A stretch of DNA of 64,000 bases from an uncultured delta proteobacterium (GTDB taxonomy: Bacteria > Desulfobacterota > Binatia > Binatales > Binataceae): positions 128,001-192,000 of the forward strand of contig CAVXXK010000001.1 in assembly GCA_963765675.1 (NCBI GenBank), in the 5' to 3' direction. Shown here piece after piece: positions 30,642 through 41,576 of this stretch; within the stretch, counting starts at the first letter, position 1, and every line of letters begins with the position of its first letter. Below the pieces are notes generated by a model. It ran no database searches, had not been told where the DNA came from, and was given only the letters and a program-made list of their open reading frames with translations. Both the position numbers and the translations under genes were made by a program.

Positions 30642-30887
30642 ATGACTCGCGTCACGATCCTGCTGACTCTCATCGGACTCGCAATTTTGTTCGTCGCGTA
30701 TGGGTACGGCGTGCACGTGATTCACGGCGGCAGCGTGCTCTCGCACATGTACTGGGCTACGGCCGCGATGTTTTTCGTCGCGCTGGCGAATTTTATCGCG
30801 ATCGCGCATCTGGCGCGCTCCGAGCGGATGATTCGCGAGCTGCGCACGCTGTGTGAAAAAAATGGCATCGCCTACGGCGAGGACTAG
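30642..30887 (+). CDS. Small two-TM membrane hypothetical protein
   Basis: 81-aa ORF with two hydrophobic segments, between nuoI and thiC. Confidence 0.6.
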   Translation: MTRVTILLTLIGLAILFVAYGYGVHVIHGGSVLSHMYWATAAMFFVALANFIAIAHLARSERMIRELRTLCEKNGIAYGED

Positions 30888-30935
30888 AATAGGTTGTGAT
30901 CGCGGACGGCGCGTTTCGTCCGCCGAGGTGTCGAG

Positions 30936-32265
30936 ATGACCCAGATTGAATCCGCGCGCAAAGGAATTATCACCCGCGAAATCGGCGAAGTCGCCGAGGA
31001 CGAAGGGCTTACGCCCGAAGAAATCCGCGCGCTGGTCGCTTCCGGCGAGGTGGTGATTCCGCATAACCAGCATCATCAGTTCCGCGCAATCGGAATCGGC
31101 AAACGGCTGCGGACCAAGGTCAACGCCAATATCGGCGCCTCGAATTTCCATCAACTGCTCGAAGAGGAAGTCGAGAAGCTCTACACCGCGGTGCGCTACG
31201 GCTCCGACTCGGTGATGGATCTTTCGACCGGCACCGACCTCGACAAGATTCGCGGCGAGTTGCTCTCGCGATGCCCGATAATCCTCGGCACCGTACCGAT
31301 CTACCAGGTCGCGTCGGAGCATTCGATCATGGATCTCGACGCCGAGTATTTTCTCGAGGTGATCGAGCGGCAGGCGCGCCAGGGCGTCGATTACATGACG
31401 CTGCATTGCGGCGTCACGCGTGAGTCTGTGCAGATGCTGCGGCGGCATCAGCGGATCGAAGGAATCGTGTCGCGCGGCGGCGCACTGCTGGCCGCGTGGA
31501 TGGAGCGAACCGGCAACGAGAATCCGCTCTACGAGCATTACGACGAGGTCTGCGCGATCCTGCGCGAGCATGACGTGACGATCTCTCTCGGCGACGGACT
31601 GCGTCCCGGCGCGACCGGAGACGCGACAGACCGCGGCCAGCTTGCGGAGCTGCTGGTGCTGGGCGAGTTGACCGAACGCGCGCGTGCTCAAGGCGTGCAG
31701 GTGATGATCGAAGGTCCGGGGCATGTTCCGCTCGATCAGATCGAGGCGAACGTGAAGCTCGAAAAGCGCGTATGCGGCGGCGCTCCGTTCTATGTGCTGG
31801 GACCGCTGACCTGCGATGTCGCGCCGGGTTACGATCACATCACCGGCGCAATCGGCGGCGCGATCGCGTCCGCCGCCGGAACCGATTTCCTTTGCTACGT
31901 AACTCCCGCCGAGCATCTGCGGCTGCCCGATATCGACGACGTGCGCGAGGGCGTGATCGCGACCCGAATCGCCGCGCATTCCGGTGACCTGGTAAAGGGC
32001 GTGCGCGCGGCCAAGGTCTGGAACGACCAGATGTCGCGCTACCGCAAGTCGCTCAACTGGGAAGGGATGTACGCGATGGCGATGGACCCCGACAAGGCGC
32101 GACGCTACAAAGAGGAAAGCGAGGCGTCCGGCTCCAACGTCTGCTCGATGTGCGGATCGCTGTGCTCGATCAATATCGACAACGCCGCGATCAAGTTCAC
32201 CCAGCGCCGCGCGATCGCCGAGACTCATCCCGAAGCTCATGCCAGAGGCTCAGCCGCATGCCTGA
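30936..32265 (+). CDS. thiC: Phosphomethylpyrimidine synthase ThiC (short form); apparent frameshift near 32244
   Basis: KVNANIG, MDLSTG, SRGG, EGPGHVP, YDHITGAIGG, CYVTPAEHL, CSMCGSLC; as assembled the ORF runs on to 32474. Confidence 0.85.
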
Positions 32266-32746
32266 AGATCGCAACGGAAAGCCTGAACCAAATCTCGCCG
32301 CCGGGCTCGCGCTCGAGCTGCGCGACGATCGTAGCGAAGCGCGCCGTCTTTCGGATTATCGTGGGCACAACGTCGTGCTGTATTTCTATCCGATGGACGA
32401 TACGCCCGGATGCACCGTCGAGGGCAAGGAGTTCCGCGATCTCTTCGATCAGTTCGCCGCGCTCGACACGGTGATAATCGGCGCCAGCACCGATTCCGTG
32501 CAGCGTCATCGCGCTTTCTCCGACAAGCACGCGTTTCCATTCATGCTGCTCTCGGATCCCGACGGGCAGCTCGCCCAAGCGTTCGGGGTTCTGGCCGGAG
32601 GCCGTGCAGCGCGCTCAACTTTTGTGCTCGATCACGACCTTCACCTGCGCCGTGCGTTTCACGACGTGACGCCGCGCGGGCACGCCGCCGCGATCCTGAA
32701 TTTCGTGCGCACTCTGGTCGAATCGCATCGGATGCTGGGCGGCTGA
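32258..32746 (+). CDS. bcp: Peroxiredoxin (BCP/PrxQ)
   Basis: VVLYFYPMDDTPGCT, LLSDPD, RSTFV. Confidence 0.85.
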   Translation: MPEDRNGKPEPNLAAGLALELRDDRSEARRLSDYRGHNVVLYFYPMDDTPGCTVEGKEFRDLFDQFAALDTVIIGASTDSVQRHRAFSDKHAFPFMLLSDPDGQLAQAFGVLAGGRAARSTFVLDHDLHLRRAFHDVTPRGHAAAILNFVRTLVESHRMLGG

Positions 32747-32844
32747 GCGGCCGTCTGCCGCTCAACCGAGCGGCGCGCGTGCTTCGCGATGGTTATAGCT
32801 ATATAGAGGAATGAGAATCCGCCCCGAACGGAGCGAGAAAGCGT

Positions 32845-34083
32845 ATGGCCAAGACTTCGAAAAATATTCTCGACGAAGCGCGCAAAGAAATTAAGCAAAT
32901 CGATATCGACGAAGCGCGCCGGCTGCTCGACAAGGGCGCCAAGATTATCGACGTGCGCGAGAGCGACGAATGGCGCCAAGGGCATATCCCGCAGGCGATC
33001 GGAATCCCACGCGGATTCCTGGAGATTCGCGTCGAAGAGAAAGTGCCCGACCGCAAGACCCCGGTGATCATGCAGTGCGCCTCTGGCACCCGCTCGGCCT
33101 ACGCTTCGCGCGCGATGCGCGAGCTCGGGTACGAGAACGTGTACAACCTGACCGGCGGCTTCAACGCGTGGAAAGATCGCGGGCTGCCATGGGAAGCCGA
33201 CCGCCAGTTCACGCAGGACGAGCTCACCCGCTACTCGCGCCATTTTGTGATTCCCGAAGTCGGCGAGAAGGGACAGGCGAAGCTGCTCGACTCGAAGGTG
33301 CTGCTGCTCGGCGCCGGCGCGCTCGGCTCACCGGTTGCGTTGTACCTCGCGGCGGCGGGAGTCGGCACGCTCGGGCTGGTTGACTTCGACGTGGTCGATC
33401 TCTCGAACCTGCAGCGCCAGATCATCCACACTGTCGATCGTATCGGAACTCCCAAAACCGAGTCGGCGCAAAAACAGATCGCGGCGATGAACCCCGGCAT
33501 CAAGGTGATTCGCCACGACGTGCGGCTCACCTCTGAGAACGTGATGGAGATTATCGCGCCGTACGACGTGATCGTGAATTGCGGCGACAATTTCCCGACC
33601 CGCTACCTGATCAACGACGCCTGCGTGTTCGCGAAAAAGCCGCTGGTCGACGGCGCAATCTTCCGCTTTGAGGGCAACGCGACCGTTTTCTATGCCGACA
33701 AGGGCGGTCCCTGCTATCGATGCCTTTATCCGGAGCCCGCTCCCCCCGACATGGCGCCGTCGTGCGCGGAAGCCGGAGTGCTGGGCGCGCTGCCGGGCCT
33801 TATCGGATCGATCGAGGCGCTCGAAGCGATCAAGCTTCTGCTCGGCGCAGGGCATCCGCTTATTGGCAAGATGGTCTACTTCGACACGCTGTCGGATCGT
33901 GACTACGTGCGCATTCTGAAGATTCGGAAGGATCCTTCCTGCCCGGTCTGCAGCGAGCATCCGACCCAGACCGGCCTTATCGACTACGAGGCATTCTGCG
34001 GACTCGGACCTAGCGCGGACAATGGCGCGTCGTCGGACGCGCACGCCGCGCCGGCGCAGGCTGCGAGCGCCGCGGCTCGCTGA
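32845..34083 (+). CDS. moeB: Rhodanese-fused ThiF/MoeB adenylyltransferase (MoeZ/MoeBR-type)
   Basis: N-terminal rhodanese (DVRE, GHIP, CASGTRS); RYSRH, GAGALGS, SNLQRQ, PCYRC, SCAEAGVLG. Confidence 0.9.
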   Translation: MAKTSKNILDEARKEIKQIDIDEARRLLDKGAKIIDVRESDEWRQGHIPQAIGIPRGFLEIRVEEKVPDRKTPVIMQCASGTRSAYASRAMRELGYENVYNLTGGFNAWKDRGLPWEADRQFTQDELTRYSRHFVIPEVGEKGQAKLLDSKVLLLGAGALGSPVALYLAAAGVGTLGLVDFDVVDLSNLQRQIIHTVDRIGTPKTESAQKQIAAMNPGIKVIRHDVRLTSENVMEIIAPYDVIVNCGDNFPTRYLINDACVFAKKPLVDGAIFRFEGNATVFYADKGGPCYRCLYPEPAPPDMAPSCAEAGVLGALPGLIGSIEALEAIKLLLGAGHPLIGKMVYFDTLSDRDYVRILKIRKDPSCPVCSEHPTQTGLIDYEAFCGLGPSADNGASSDAHAAPAQAASAAAR

Positions 34084-34105
34084 TTTCGCGTACATAGCAA
34101 AGCCC

Positions 34106-34137
34106 AAAGCGGGCGCCTGAGGGCGCCCGCTTTTTTT
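34106..34137 (+). terminator. Rho-independent terminator
   Basis: AAAGCGGGCGCC-TGAG-GGCGCCCGC followed by a T-run. Confidence 0.8.
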
Positions 34138-34201
34138 GGGGTCGCTTTTTTTCGAAGGGCCGCCTATCTTGAGGGCGCGCGCTTTCTTCTGGGGTCTAGT
34201 G

Positions 34202-34893
34202 ATGGCTCTCGGACCGTTCTACGTGGCTCAAAAGCTTACACAAACAGCCGGGCTAAGGGGCGTCGCGCTCATGATGCGCCACGGCGAGACCGCGTGGAAC
34301 CGCTCCGGACGCGTGATGGGCCGAAATCCGATCGAGCTCGACGCGGAAGGCCGCGCGCAGGTCGAGCGCGCTGTTCCCTTCGCGCGCGAGCTCGCGATCG
34401 ACCTGATCGTCGCGAGTCCCCTGCCGCGGGCGCGCCAATCGGCGGAGATTATTGCAGCGGGAATCGGCAGCGCTTCGATAAGTGAGGACCCGGAGCTTTC
34501 CGAAGTGCAATACGGCCGATGGGAAGGAATGGTCTTCGATGATCTGATCAAGGATCCCGAGTACGTGCGCTACCGCGAGCATCCGCTGGATCACCCGACG
34601 CCCGGCGGCGAGACGATTCTGCACGTGCAGACCCGCGGGGTCGAGGCCATCACCCGCGCGATCGGGGCGAACCCCGGAAAGCGAATCCTGTTCGTCTCGC
34701 ACGGCGATATAATCCGCACCGTGCTGACCCGCTTCATGGGCTTGGAGCTCTCGCAATTCCGCCGCCTCCGAATCGACAATGCGACCTTCTCGGGATTTCA
34801 GCTCGCGGGCGATTTCGCCGAAATCAAGTTCCTTAACCTCCTGCCCGACCCGGCCGCGCCTTCATCGCTCCGTTCACCCCCAAGTCCGCTTGA
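34202..34893 (+). CDS. Histidine phosphatase (phosphoglycerate mutase family); probable frameshift near 34852
   Basis: RHGETAWN, SPLPRARQS, GRWEG, VSHGD; tail of the assembled ORF runs into AT-rich intergenic DNA. Confidence 0.8.
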
Positions 34894-35067
34894 GGCCAGG
34901 GGCCCAGGAGCACCAAACCCATTGTTCCGATGGAACTTTCCAGCATTTCCGGAAATATTTTTCCGGAATGCAAGGAAAATTTACCAAACGAACCCATCGG
35001 AATTTCCTTCCGCATGCTATTGGTCTGCCATACTCGCGGGCTTTGACTCAGTTGCAAAGCTGATCTA

Positions 35068-35083
35068 GTAACTAACCAGTTAC
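35068..35083. promoter_or_regulatory. Probable TetR autoregulatory operator
   Basis: Palindrome GTAACT-AACC-AGTTAC abutting the ATG at 35084. Confidence 0.65.
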
Positions 35084-35797
35084 ATGGCACCTCGGCTTCC
35101 ATCCGGACGGCGCGCTGTCATTCGCCGAAGAGCGCCAGCCATATCGCGCACGCCCCGCTCGAGCGTGCCTGCCCGCGACTCCCAGCGCAGCCAGGAGCGG
35201 ATTCTCGCCGCGGCGCTGGCCGAGTTCTCCGAGCACGGCTTCGCCGGAGCGCGGGTCGACCGAATCGCGCGGCGTGCGCGAATCAACAAGCGGATGCTGT
35301 ACTGCTATTTCGGCGACAAGAACGCGCTCTACCGCGAGACGATGCGCCGGCGCTTCGCGCTGCGCGCCGCGCAAATCGAGCGCTCGCCCTACGGCGACCC
35401 GGAAGGCGCCGCCGCTTTCTGGTGGCGCTTCGGATGCGAGGACCCGGTCTGGATGCGGCTGATGGGATGGGAAGCGCTCGACGCGCAGGCGCGCGCGACC
35501 ATCTGCCGCACCGAACGCAGCCGCGCCTATAAGCGCGCGGTCATGCAGTTCCGCCAGTTTATCGCCCGCGGCGATTTGACCAGCAAGATCGATCCGCGAT
35601 ACGCGCTGTTGCTCAACATGGCGCTGACCGGTTTTCCGATCGCGTTTCCGCAATTGACCCGGCTGGTCACCGGCGTCGGACCGGAGAGCCGCCGTTTCCA
35701 ATCCGAGTGGAACGATTTCCTGCGCATCATCATGCGCCAGTTGAAGCCCGCGCCCGCCGCGCGGCGCCGAAAGCTGCAAGCATCAGGGGACGCGTAA
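35084..35797 (+). CDS. TetR/AcrR family transcriptional regulator
   Basis: ILAAALAEFSEHGFAGARVDRIA...MLYCYFGDK HTH. Confidence 0.9.
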   Translation: MAPRLPSGRRAVIRRRAPAISRTPRSSVPARDSQRSQERILAAALAEFSEHGFAGARVDRIARRARINKRMLYCYFGDKNALYRETMRRRFALRAAQIERSPYGDPEGAAAFWWRFGCEDPVWMRLMGWEALDAQARATICRTERSRAYKRAVMQFRQFIARGDLTSKIDPRYALLLNMALTGFPIAFPQLTRLVTGVGPESRRFQSEWNDFLRIIMRQLKPAPAARRRKLQASGDA

Positions 35798-35798
35798 G

Positions 35799-38700
35799 AT
35801 GTGGATCGTACAACTCGCCCTTAGAAGGCCGGTCACCATCGCGGTGATGGCGGCGTTGATGCTGCTGCTCGGGATCGTCTCGCTCAGCACCATGAACTTC
35901 GACATCTTTCCGGCGATCGATGTGCCAGTGGTCGATCTGGTCTGGAATTATCCGGGACTCTCCGCCGAAGAGATGGAGCAGCGCGTCGTCAATATCAGCG
36001 AGCGCGCGTCCTCGACCACCGTCAACGGCGTTGATCATATCGAGTCGGTATCGCTCAACGGCATCGGGCTTTTGAAATTCTACTTTCAGCCCGGCGCCGA
36101 CACCGCGCTCGCGATCGCGCAGCTTACTTCCGTTTCCGAGGCGATCAAAAATATTCTGCCGCCCGGGATCAACCCGCCCAGCGTGATCGATTACAACGCG
36201 ACCAATGTGCCGGTCGTGTACATCGTCTATTCAAGCGAGATCCTATCCCAGAGCCGGATTTACGACTTTGGCGCGAATTTCGGACGCCTGTTCCTGTTCA
36301 CGATTCCCGGCCTGTCGACGCCCGCGCCGTTCGGCGGCGCTCAGCGCCAGGTGATGGTTAATATCGATCCGTCGCAGATGTACTCGCGCGGCGTGTCGCC
36401 TGCCGACGTGGTCAATGCGCTCCAGCGGCAGAACGTGATCATCCCGGGCGGCACCGCAAAGATCGGCAACACCGAGTATGACGTGGTGATGAACGGCAGC
36501 CCGGTCACCGTCGCCGCGCTCAACCGCCTGCCGATCAAGTACGTGGACGGCGCCCCGGTGTATATCGGCGACGTCGCGAAGGTCAGCGACAGCCACGCGG
36601 TGCAGACCGACGTAGTGACGGTCGACGGCAACCCCGCGACCTACATGCTGATTCTGAAGCATCCAGCGGCTTCGACCCTCAGCGTAGTTGATGCGGTCAA
36701 GAAGGTGATGCCGCAGATGCGCGCGATCGCGCCCAAGGGGCTGGATATCAGCCTCGCGTTCGATCAATCGGTGTTCGTCCGGCGCGCACTCGACGACGTG
36801 CTGCAGGAGGGCGTGCTCGCCGCCGCTTTGGTCGGAGTGATGGTGCTGCTGTTCCTCGGCTCATGGCGCTCGACGCTGATCGTCATTCTGTCGATCCCGC
36901 TTGCGATCTTCACTTCGATCGTCGGGCTCAAACTTTCCGGACAGACGATCAACATCATGACGCTCGGCGGACTCGCACTCGCGGTCGGGATGCTGGTGGA
37001 CGACGCCACCGTCGAGATCGAGAACATCCATCGCAACCACTCGATGGGCAAGCCGCTCGGCGTCGCGATTCTTGACGGAGCGCGTCAGATAGCGGTCCCC
37101 ACGTTCGTCGGCACGCTTGCGATCTGTATCGTGTTCTCGCCCGTCATCGGACTTTCCGGAGTCGCGCGCTTTCTGTTCATGCCGCTCGCGCTGGCGGTGG
37201 TGTACGCGATGCTGGCGTCGTACCTGCTCTCGCGCACTCTCGTGACGAGCATGGCGCTGCATCTGCTCGCGGAGGAGCCGGAGGAGCATCATGCAAGCGG
37301 ATGGCTCGGCGTCATCACGGTCGGTTTCGAGCATTGGTTCGAGCGCCAGCGTTCGCGCTACGAGCGCGGCCTCACCAGTGTGATGCGGCATCGCGGGCTA
37401 GTGCTCGGATGCATCAGTGTGATCGTCGTCGCCTCGATGCTGCTGATGCCGCTGGTGGGCGAGGATTTCTTTCCGAAGGTCGACACCGGGATGATCCGCC
37501 TGCACGTGCGGGTTCCGGTCGGCACCCGGATCGAGGAGAGCGCGCGAATCATGAACGGAGTCGAGCGCACGATTCGATCGGTGATTCCGCAAAACGAACT
37601 CGCGCTGATGACCGATCATATCGGGCTGCCGGTCTATTGGGCACTGCTGTTTTACCAGACCGATTCGATCGGCCCGCAGGACGCAGACCTGCAGATTCAG
37701 CTCACGGAAAATCATCATCCGACTGACGGCTATATCAAGGCGATTCGCAGCGCGGTCCATCGCAATTTCCCCGACGTTACGATCTATCCGCAAGCCGCCG
37801 ACATCATCAGCCAGGTGCTGAGCTTCGGGTTGTCGGCGCCGATCGACGTGCAGATCGTAGGAAAAGATCTCTCGAGCGATTTCAAAATCGCCGAGGAGCT
37901 GAAGTCTCAGGTCGAAACAATCCCCGGCGCCGCTGACGTGCGGATCGCGCAGGTGCTCAATTATCCGACGCTGCGGGTCAAGGTCGATCGCGACAAGGCC
38001 GTCCAGCTCGGCATCTCACAGCTCGACGTCACCAGCAGCATCCTGACCTCGCTCAGCTCGAGCGTGGTGACTTCGCCCAACCAGTGGCTCGACACGAAAA
38101 ACGGCGTCAGCTACAGCGTTGCGGTGCAGACGCCGCAGCATGAAGTCGATTCGATCCAGGCGATAGGCCGCACGCCGATAACCGGCACGCTACCCAACAC
38201 GCAGCCCGGTGATCCGCAATTTCTTTCCAACCTGTCCGGCGTCAGCCATGAAATCCAGGCGCAGGGCATCAACCATTACACCGTGCAGCGCGTAGTCGAT
38301 TTGAATTTGGGCGTCGAGGATCGCGACCTCGGCAGCGTGACCGACGCGGTGCAGAGGAAGATCAACGCGCTCAAGGACGTGCCGCGAGGAACCAGGATCG
38401 CAATCGCCGGCGAAAGCGCCGCGATGCATCAGTCGTTCAACAGCATGGCGTCGGGGCTGATCCTCGCGATCATCCTCGTCTATCTGCTGATGGCGACCAA
38501 TTTCCAGTCGTGGCTCGACCCTCTGATCATCATGATGGCGGTGCCGGGCGCGCTGGCCGGTGTGCTGTGGATGCTGATGTTCACGCACACGACGGTGAAC
38601 GTCGAATCGATGATGGGCACGATCATGGCCGTCGGGGTGGGCGTCGCCAACGGCAACCTGCTCATCACCTTCGCCAACGACCTGCGCGAGCAGGGGCTCG

Positions 38701-38987
38701 ACGCGGTCAGCGCCGCGATCAAGGCGGCCGAGGTGCGGATGCGCCCGGTCATCATGACCGCGCTTGCGATGATTCTCGGGATGCTGCCGATGTCGCTCGC
38801 AATGGGAGAAGGCGGCGAGCAGAATGCACCGCTCGGCCGCGCGGTTATCGGCGGACTGATCGCCGCGACCTTTATGACCCTGGTAGTGGTGCCGGTCGTA
38901 TACTCGATGTTCACGCATGAGCGTATCGGCAAGCGCCAGCGTGACGCGCAGATCGGGCGATTGGTCGAGCAGGCAGAGAAAGATTGA
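35799..38987 (+). CDS. RND efflux transporter permease (AcrB/AcrD/AcrF family)
   Basis: 1062 aa; AVGMLVDDATVEIENI, RMRPVIMTA, PLGRAVIGG. Confidence 0.93.
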   Translation: MWIVQLALRRPVTIAVMAALMLLLGIVSLSTMNFDIFPAIDVPVVDLVWNYPGLSAEEMEQRVVNISERASSTTVNGVDHIESVSLNGIGLLKFYFQPGADTALAIAQLTSVSEAIKNILPPGINPPSVIDYNATNVPVVYIVYSSEILSQSRIYDFGANFGRLFLFTIPGLSTPAPFGGAQRQVMVNIDPSQMYSRGVSPADVVNALQRQNVIIPGGTAKIGNTEYDVVMNGSPVTVAALNRLPIKYVDGAPVYIGDVAKVSDSHAVQTDVVTVDGNPATYMLILKHPAASTLSVVDAVKKVMPQMRAIAPKGLDISLAFDQSVFVRRALDDVLQEGVLAAALVGVMVLLFLGSWRSTLIVILSIPLAIFTSIVGLKLSGQTINIMTLGGLALAVGMLVDDATVEIENIHRNHSMGKPLGVAILDGARQIAVPTFVGTLAICIVFSPVIGLSGVARFLFMPLALAVVYAMLASYLLSRTLVTSMALHLLAEEPEEHHASGWLGVITVGFEHWFERQRSRYERGLTSVMRHRGLVLGCISVIVVASMLLMPLVGEDFFPKVDTGMIRLHVRVPVGTRIEESARIMNGVERTIRSVIPQNELALMTDHIGLPVYWALLFYQTDSIGPQDADLQIQLTENHHPTDGYIKAIRSAVHRNFPDVTIYPQAADIISQVLSFGLSAPIDVQIVGKDLSSDFKIAEELKSQVETIPGAADVRIAQVLNYPTLRVKVDRDKAVQLGISQLDVTSSILTSLSSSVVTSPNQWLDTKNGVSYSVAVQTPQHEVDSIQAIGRTPITGTLPNTQPGDPQFLSNLSGVSHEIQAQGINHYTVQRVVDLNLGVEDRDLGSVTDAVQRKINALKDVPRGTRIAIAGESAAMHQSFNSMASGLILAIILVYLLMATNFQSWLDPLIIMMAVPGALAGVLWMLMFTHTTVNVESMMGTIMAVGVGVANGNLLITFANDLREQGLDAVSAAIKAAEVRMRPVIMTALAMILGMLPMSLAMGEGGEQNAPLGRAVIGGLIAATFMTLVVVPVVYSMFTHERIGKRQRDAQIGRLVEQAEKD

Positions 38988-39023
38988 GCTGAGAGCGCCT
39001 CGCAATGAAAATGGAGCATCATC

Positions 39024-40154
39024 ATGGCTGATACCAGGGACAACGCGCCGAAGAAGACGGGCACCCTGCTCTACCTGGGATGGATCGGTGCGGTGGTGAT
39101 CGTGCTCATCGCGCTCGGGGGGCTGGTGCTCGCGCGCGATCTGCAAATCTCTCAGCAGACCGGCGAGCTGCAGCATCAGGAGGATCTCGGGCCGCTGGTG
39201 ATGGTGGCGCCGGTCGAACGCGCGCCGATGAAACGCACGATCAGCTACCCCGGCTATGTCCACGGCTTTTTCGAAAGCGCGATCTATCCAAAGGTCGCCG
39301 GTTACGTGAAGTCGATGCTGGTCGACAAGGGAATGCGCGTGAAGCAGGGCCAACTGCTCGCGGTGATCGTCTCGCCCGAGCTCGATCAGCAGGTCGCCAA
39401 TGCGCTGGCTACCTATCGGATCGCCAAGCTCACCGACGACCGCTTTCAGCGGCTGGTCCGGCAGCAGGTGGTGCCGCAGCAGACCGCCGACGAGTCGCAC
39501 GCAACGATGCTCGCGGACAAGGCGCAGTGGGATTCGCTGCGCGCCCAGCAGGGATACGAGCGTGTGACCGCTCCGTTCGACGGAGTAGTCACCGGCCGCA
39601 ACCTCGACCCGGGAGCGCTGGTTGCGATGGCGACGGCTCAGGCCGGCGCGGTGCCGATTTTCACTATGGCGACGCTCAAGCCGGTCCGCGTTTATATCAA
39701 CATGCCGCAGGATGACGCGGTCTTCATGCGCGACGGCGACGCCGCACGCGTCACCGTTACGCAGTATCCGAATCGCGCGTTTTCCGGCACCGTCACGCGC
39801 CATCCCGAGGCGCTGCTTACCGCCTCGCGCACGATGCTGGTCGAGGTGGATCTACCCAACAACGACAAGTCGCTGCTGCCCGGCATGTACGCGCATGTCG
39901 ATATCTCGCTCAACGGAAATTCAGGAGCGCCGATGGTCGCCGACGACGCGCTGGTGTTCAACGGCGGCAACATCTTCGTACCCGTCGTCGCGAACAACCA
40001 TGTGCATCTGGTCAAAGTGAAACTCGGCCTCGACGACGGGATCAAAAGCGAAGTGGTGGAAGGTCTGACCGGAAACGAGATGGTCGCGATCAATCTCGGT
40101 CAGGTCGCACGCGACGGACAACTGGTCCGCACCGCCGAAGAGCCGCAGCGCTGA
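39024..40154 (+). CDS. RND periplasmic adaptor (membrane fusion protein)
   Basis: N-terminal TM; KVAGYV..VDKG..VKQGQLL lipoyl halves; APFDGVV; LLPGMY. Confidence 0.92.
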   Translation: MADTRDNAPKKTGTLLYLGWIGAVVIVLIALGGLVLARDLQISQQTGELQHQEDLGPLVMVAPVERAPMKRTISYPGYVHGFFESAIYPKVAGYVKSMLVDKGMRVKQGQLLAVIVSPELDQQVANALATYRIAKLTDDRFQRLVRQQVVPQQTADESHATMLADKAQWDSLRAQQGYERVTAPFDGVVTGRNLDPGALVAMATAQAGAVPIFTMATLKPVRVYINMPQDDAVFMRDGDAARVTVTQYPNRAFSGTVTRHPEALLTASRTMLVEVDLPNNDKSLLPGMYAHVDISLNGNSGAPMVADDALVFNGGNIFVPVVANNHVHLVKVKLGLDDGIKSEVVEGLTGNEMVAINLGQVARDGQLVRTAEEPQR

Positions 40155-40163
40155 ACGCCGCAG

Positions 40164-41336
40164 TCAGGGAGCATCGGGCCCTGATGCGTAGGCGCGCGCT
40201 CCGCCTACTTCCACACCCTTGCGCACGCGCACCGCGGCATCCGCATGCGTCGGAACGTCAACGTGAACGCTGCGATAGCCGCCGGCCGACGCGTCCGGAG
40301 CGACAAACCCAATAGTGTACTGCTCGCGAAGTTCCAGGCTGATCTGCTCGCACGCCGCGCGCAACTGCGCGCCGTCTCCAACCTGGTGGATGATGTAGGT
40401 GCGCGCTCCGGTCTCTTTCGACAATGTGGTCAACGTGGCCGCATCGACGCGCTCGATTCCGCTACCGCCCAGCACGAACGGGCCGATTGCCAGGCTCGGC
40501 GAGAACTCAGACGCGTTCGGATCTCCGATTCCGATCGAGTAAACCAGCACACCCAGCCGGCGCGCCTCGCCGACGACACCTTCCACCGTCTCGCGGCTCT
40601 GATTGTCCATCCCGTCGGTCACGACCAGCAGCGCCTTCTTGTCGTAGCGTCCATGCTCGACCATCTCCAAGCCGCGCATGATCGTATCGAACAGTGCGGT
40701 CTCGCCGTTGGCGCGCAACAGCCCGAGCTTCGCCATCACCAGCGAGTGATTCATCGTGAACGGCTGCAACAGATAGGGTCGGTCGGAAAATGCGAACAGA
40801 AAAACGTCGTCGCGATCATTCAAATCACGCAGAAATTGTGCAATCGCGATTCGCGCCTGTGGAATCTTGGGCTGCATGCTGCCTGAAGTATCCACCACGA
40901 TTCCGACCGAGACCGGGGTGTTCGTGTCCTGCCGAAAGAACTGGATCGGTTGCATATGACCGTCGAGTTGGAGCTTGAAGTCGTCCTTCTTGAGCCCGGT
41001 AAGATAGCTCCCGCGAGGGTCGGTCACCGTAACCGTGACCTGCGCGTAGCCCGGCTGTTCGCGCAACTCGCGGGTCGGCAATTCGAGTTCCTGCCCTTGC
41101 TGCGGCTGCTGAAGCTGCGGCGGGATATTCAGCGACGCGCTGGGCTGTTGTGGCGTCGTAGGCAGTTCGAGCGTCGATCCGGCAGCGCCGCCCTGGCTCT
41201 GCGGAATTACCATCTGCTGTGTCGCCTGCGCCGACGCAACTGGTGCCCACACGCAGGCCGTCAGCAGCATTATGTTGAGCGCAATAGCTATACGATGCGC
41301 ACCAATGCCCGTTCGAGTGTAGGTGGTGGTCTCCAT
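40164..41336 (-). CDS. Secreted VWA-domain protein
   Basis: Signal peptide; VTVTD..GLKKDDF; MIDAS DTSGS; TALFD; VTDGMDN. Confidence 0.85.
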   Translation of the reverse strand: METTTYTRTGIGAHRIAIALNIMLLTACVWAPVASAQATQQMVIPQSQGGAAGSTLELPTTPQQPSASLNIPPQLQQPQQGQELELPTRELREQPGYAQVTVTVTDPRGSYLTGLKKDDFKLQLDGHMQPIQFFRQDTNTPVSVGIVVDTSGSMQPKIPQARIAIAQFLRDLNDRDDVFLFAFSDRPYLLQPFTMNHSLVMAKLGLLRANGETALFDTIMRGLEMVEHGRYDKKALLVVTDGMDNQSRETVEGVVGEARRLGVLVYSIGIGDPNASEFSPSLAIGPFVLGGSGIERVDAATLTTLSKETGARTYIIHQVGDGAQLRAACEQISLELREQYTIGFVAPDASAGGYRSVHVDVPTHADAAVRVRKGVEVGGARAYASGPDAP

Positions 41337-41576
41337 TGCCTTGCGATCGATCTTCCTATGACAAGCCGCGTCACACAACAGGTCGCCGTGCGTGATGACG
41401 TGATCTGTTAGACGTACCGTCCGGCGGGACGCTTCAGGCAGAGTCCGCTACGCCATGAAAATTGGCGCAATCGCGCGGCGGAGATTGAATGACCGTGCCG
41501 ATTGCCCGCGCCCGATTGCCCGCGAACCGATTTCGCGGCATGATCTTCGAGCGACCCGGCGCGTCCGGCAGCGAAG

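Noticed and set aside
30936-32746. ThiC-peroxiredoxin fusion or programmed frameshift
   Set aside because: The ThiC run-on is out of frame with bcp. Removing one base gives a clean ATGCCTGA stop/start overlap.
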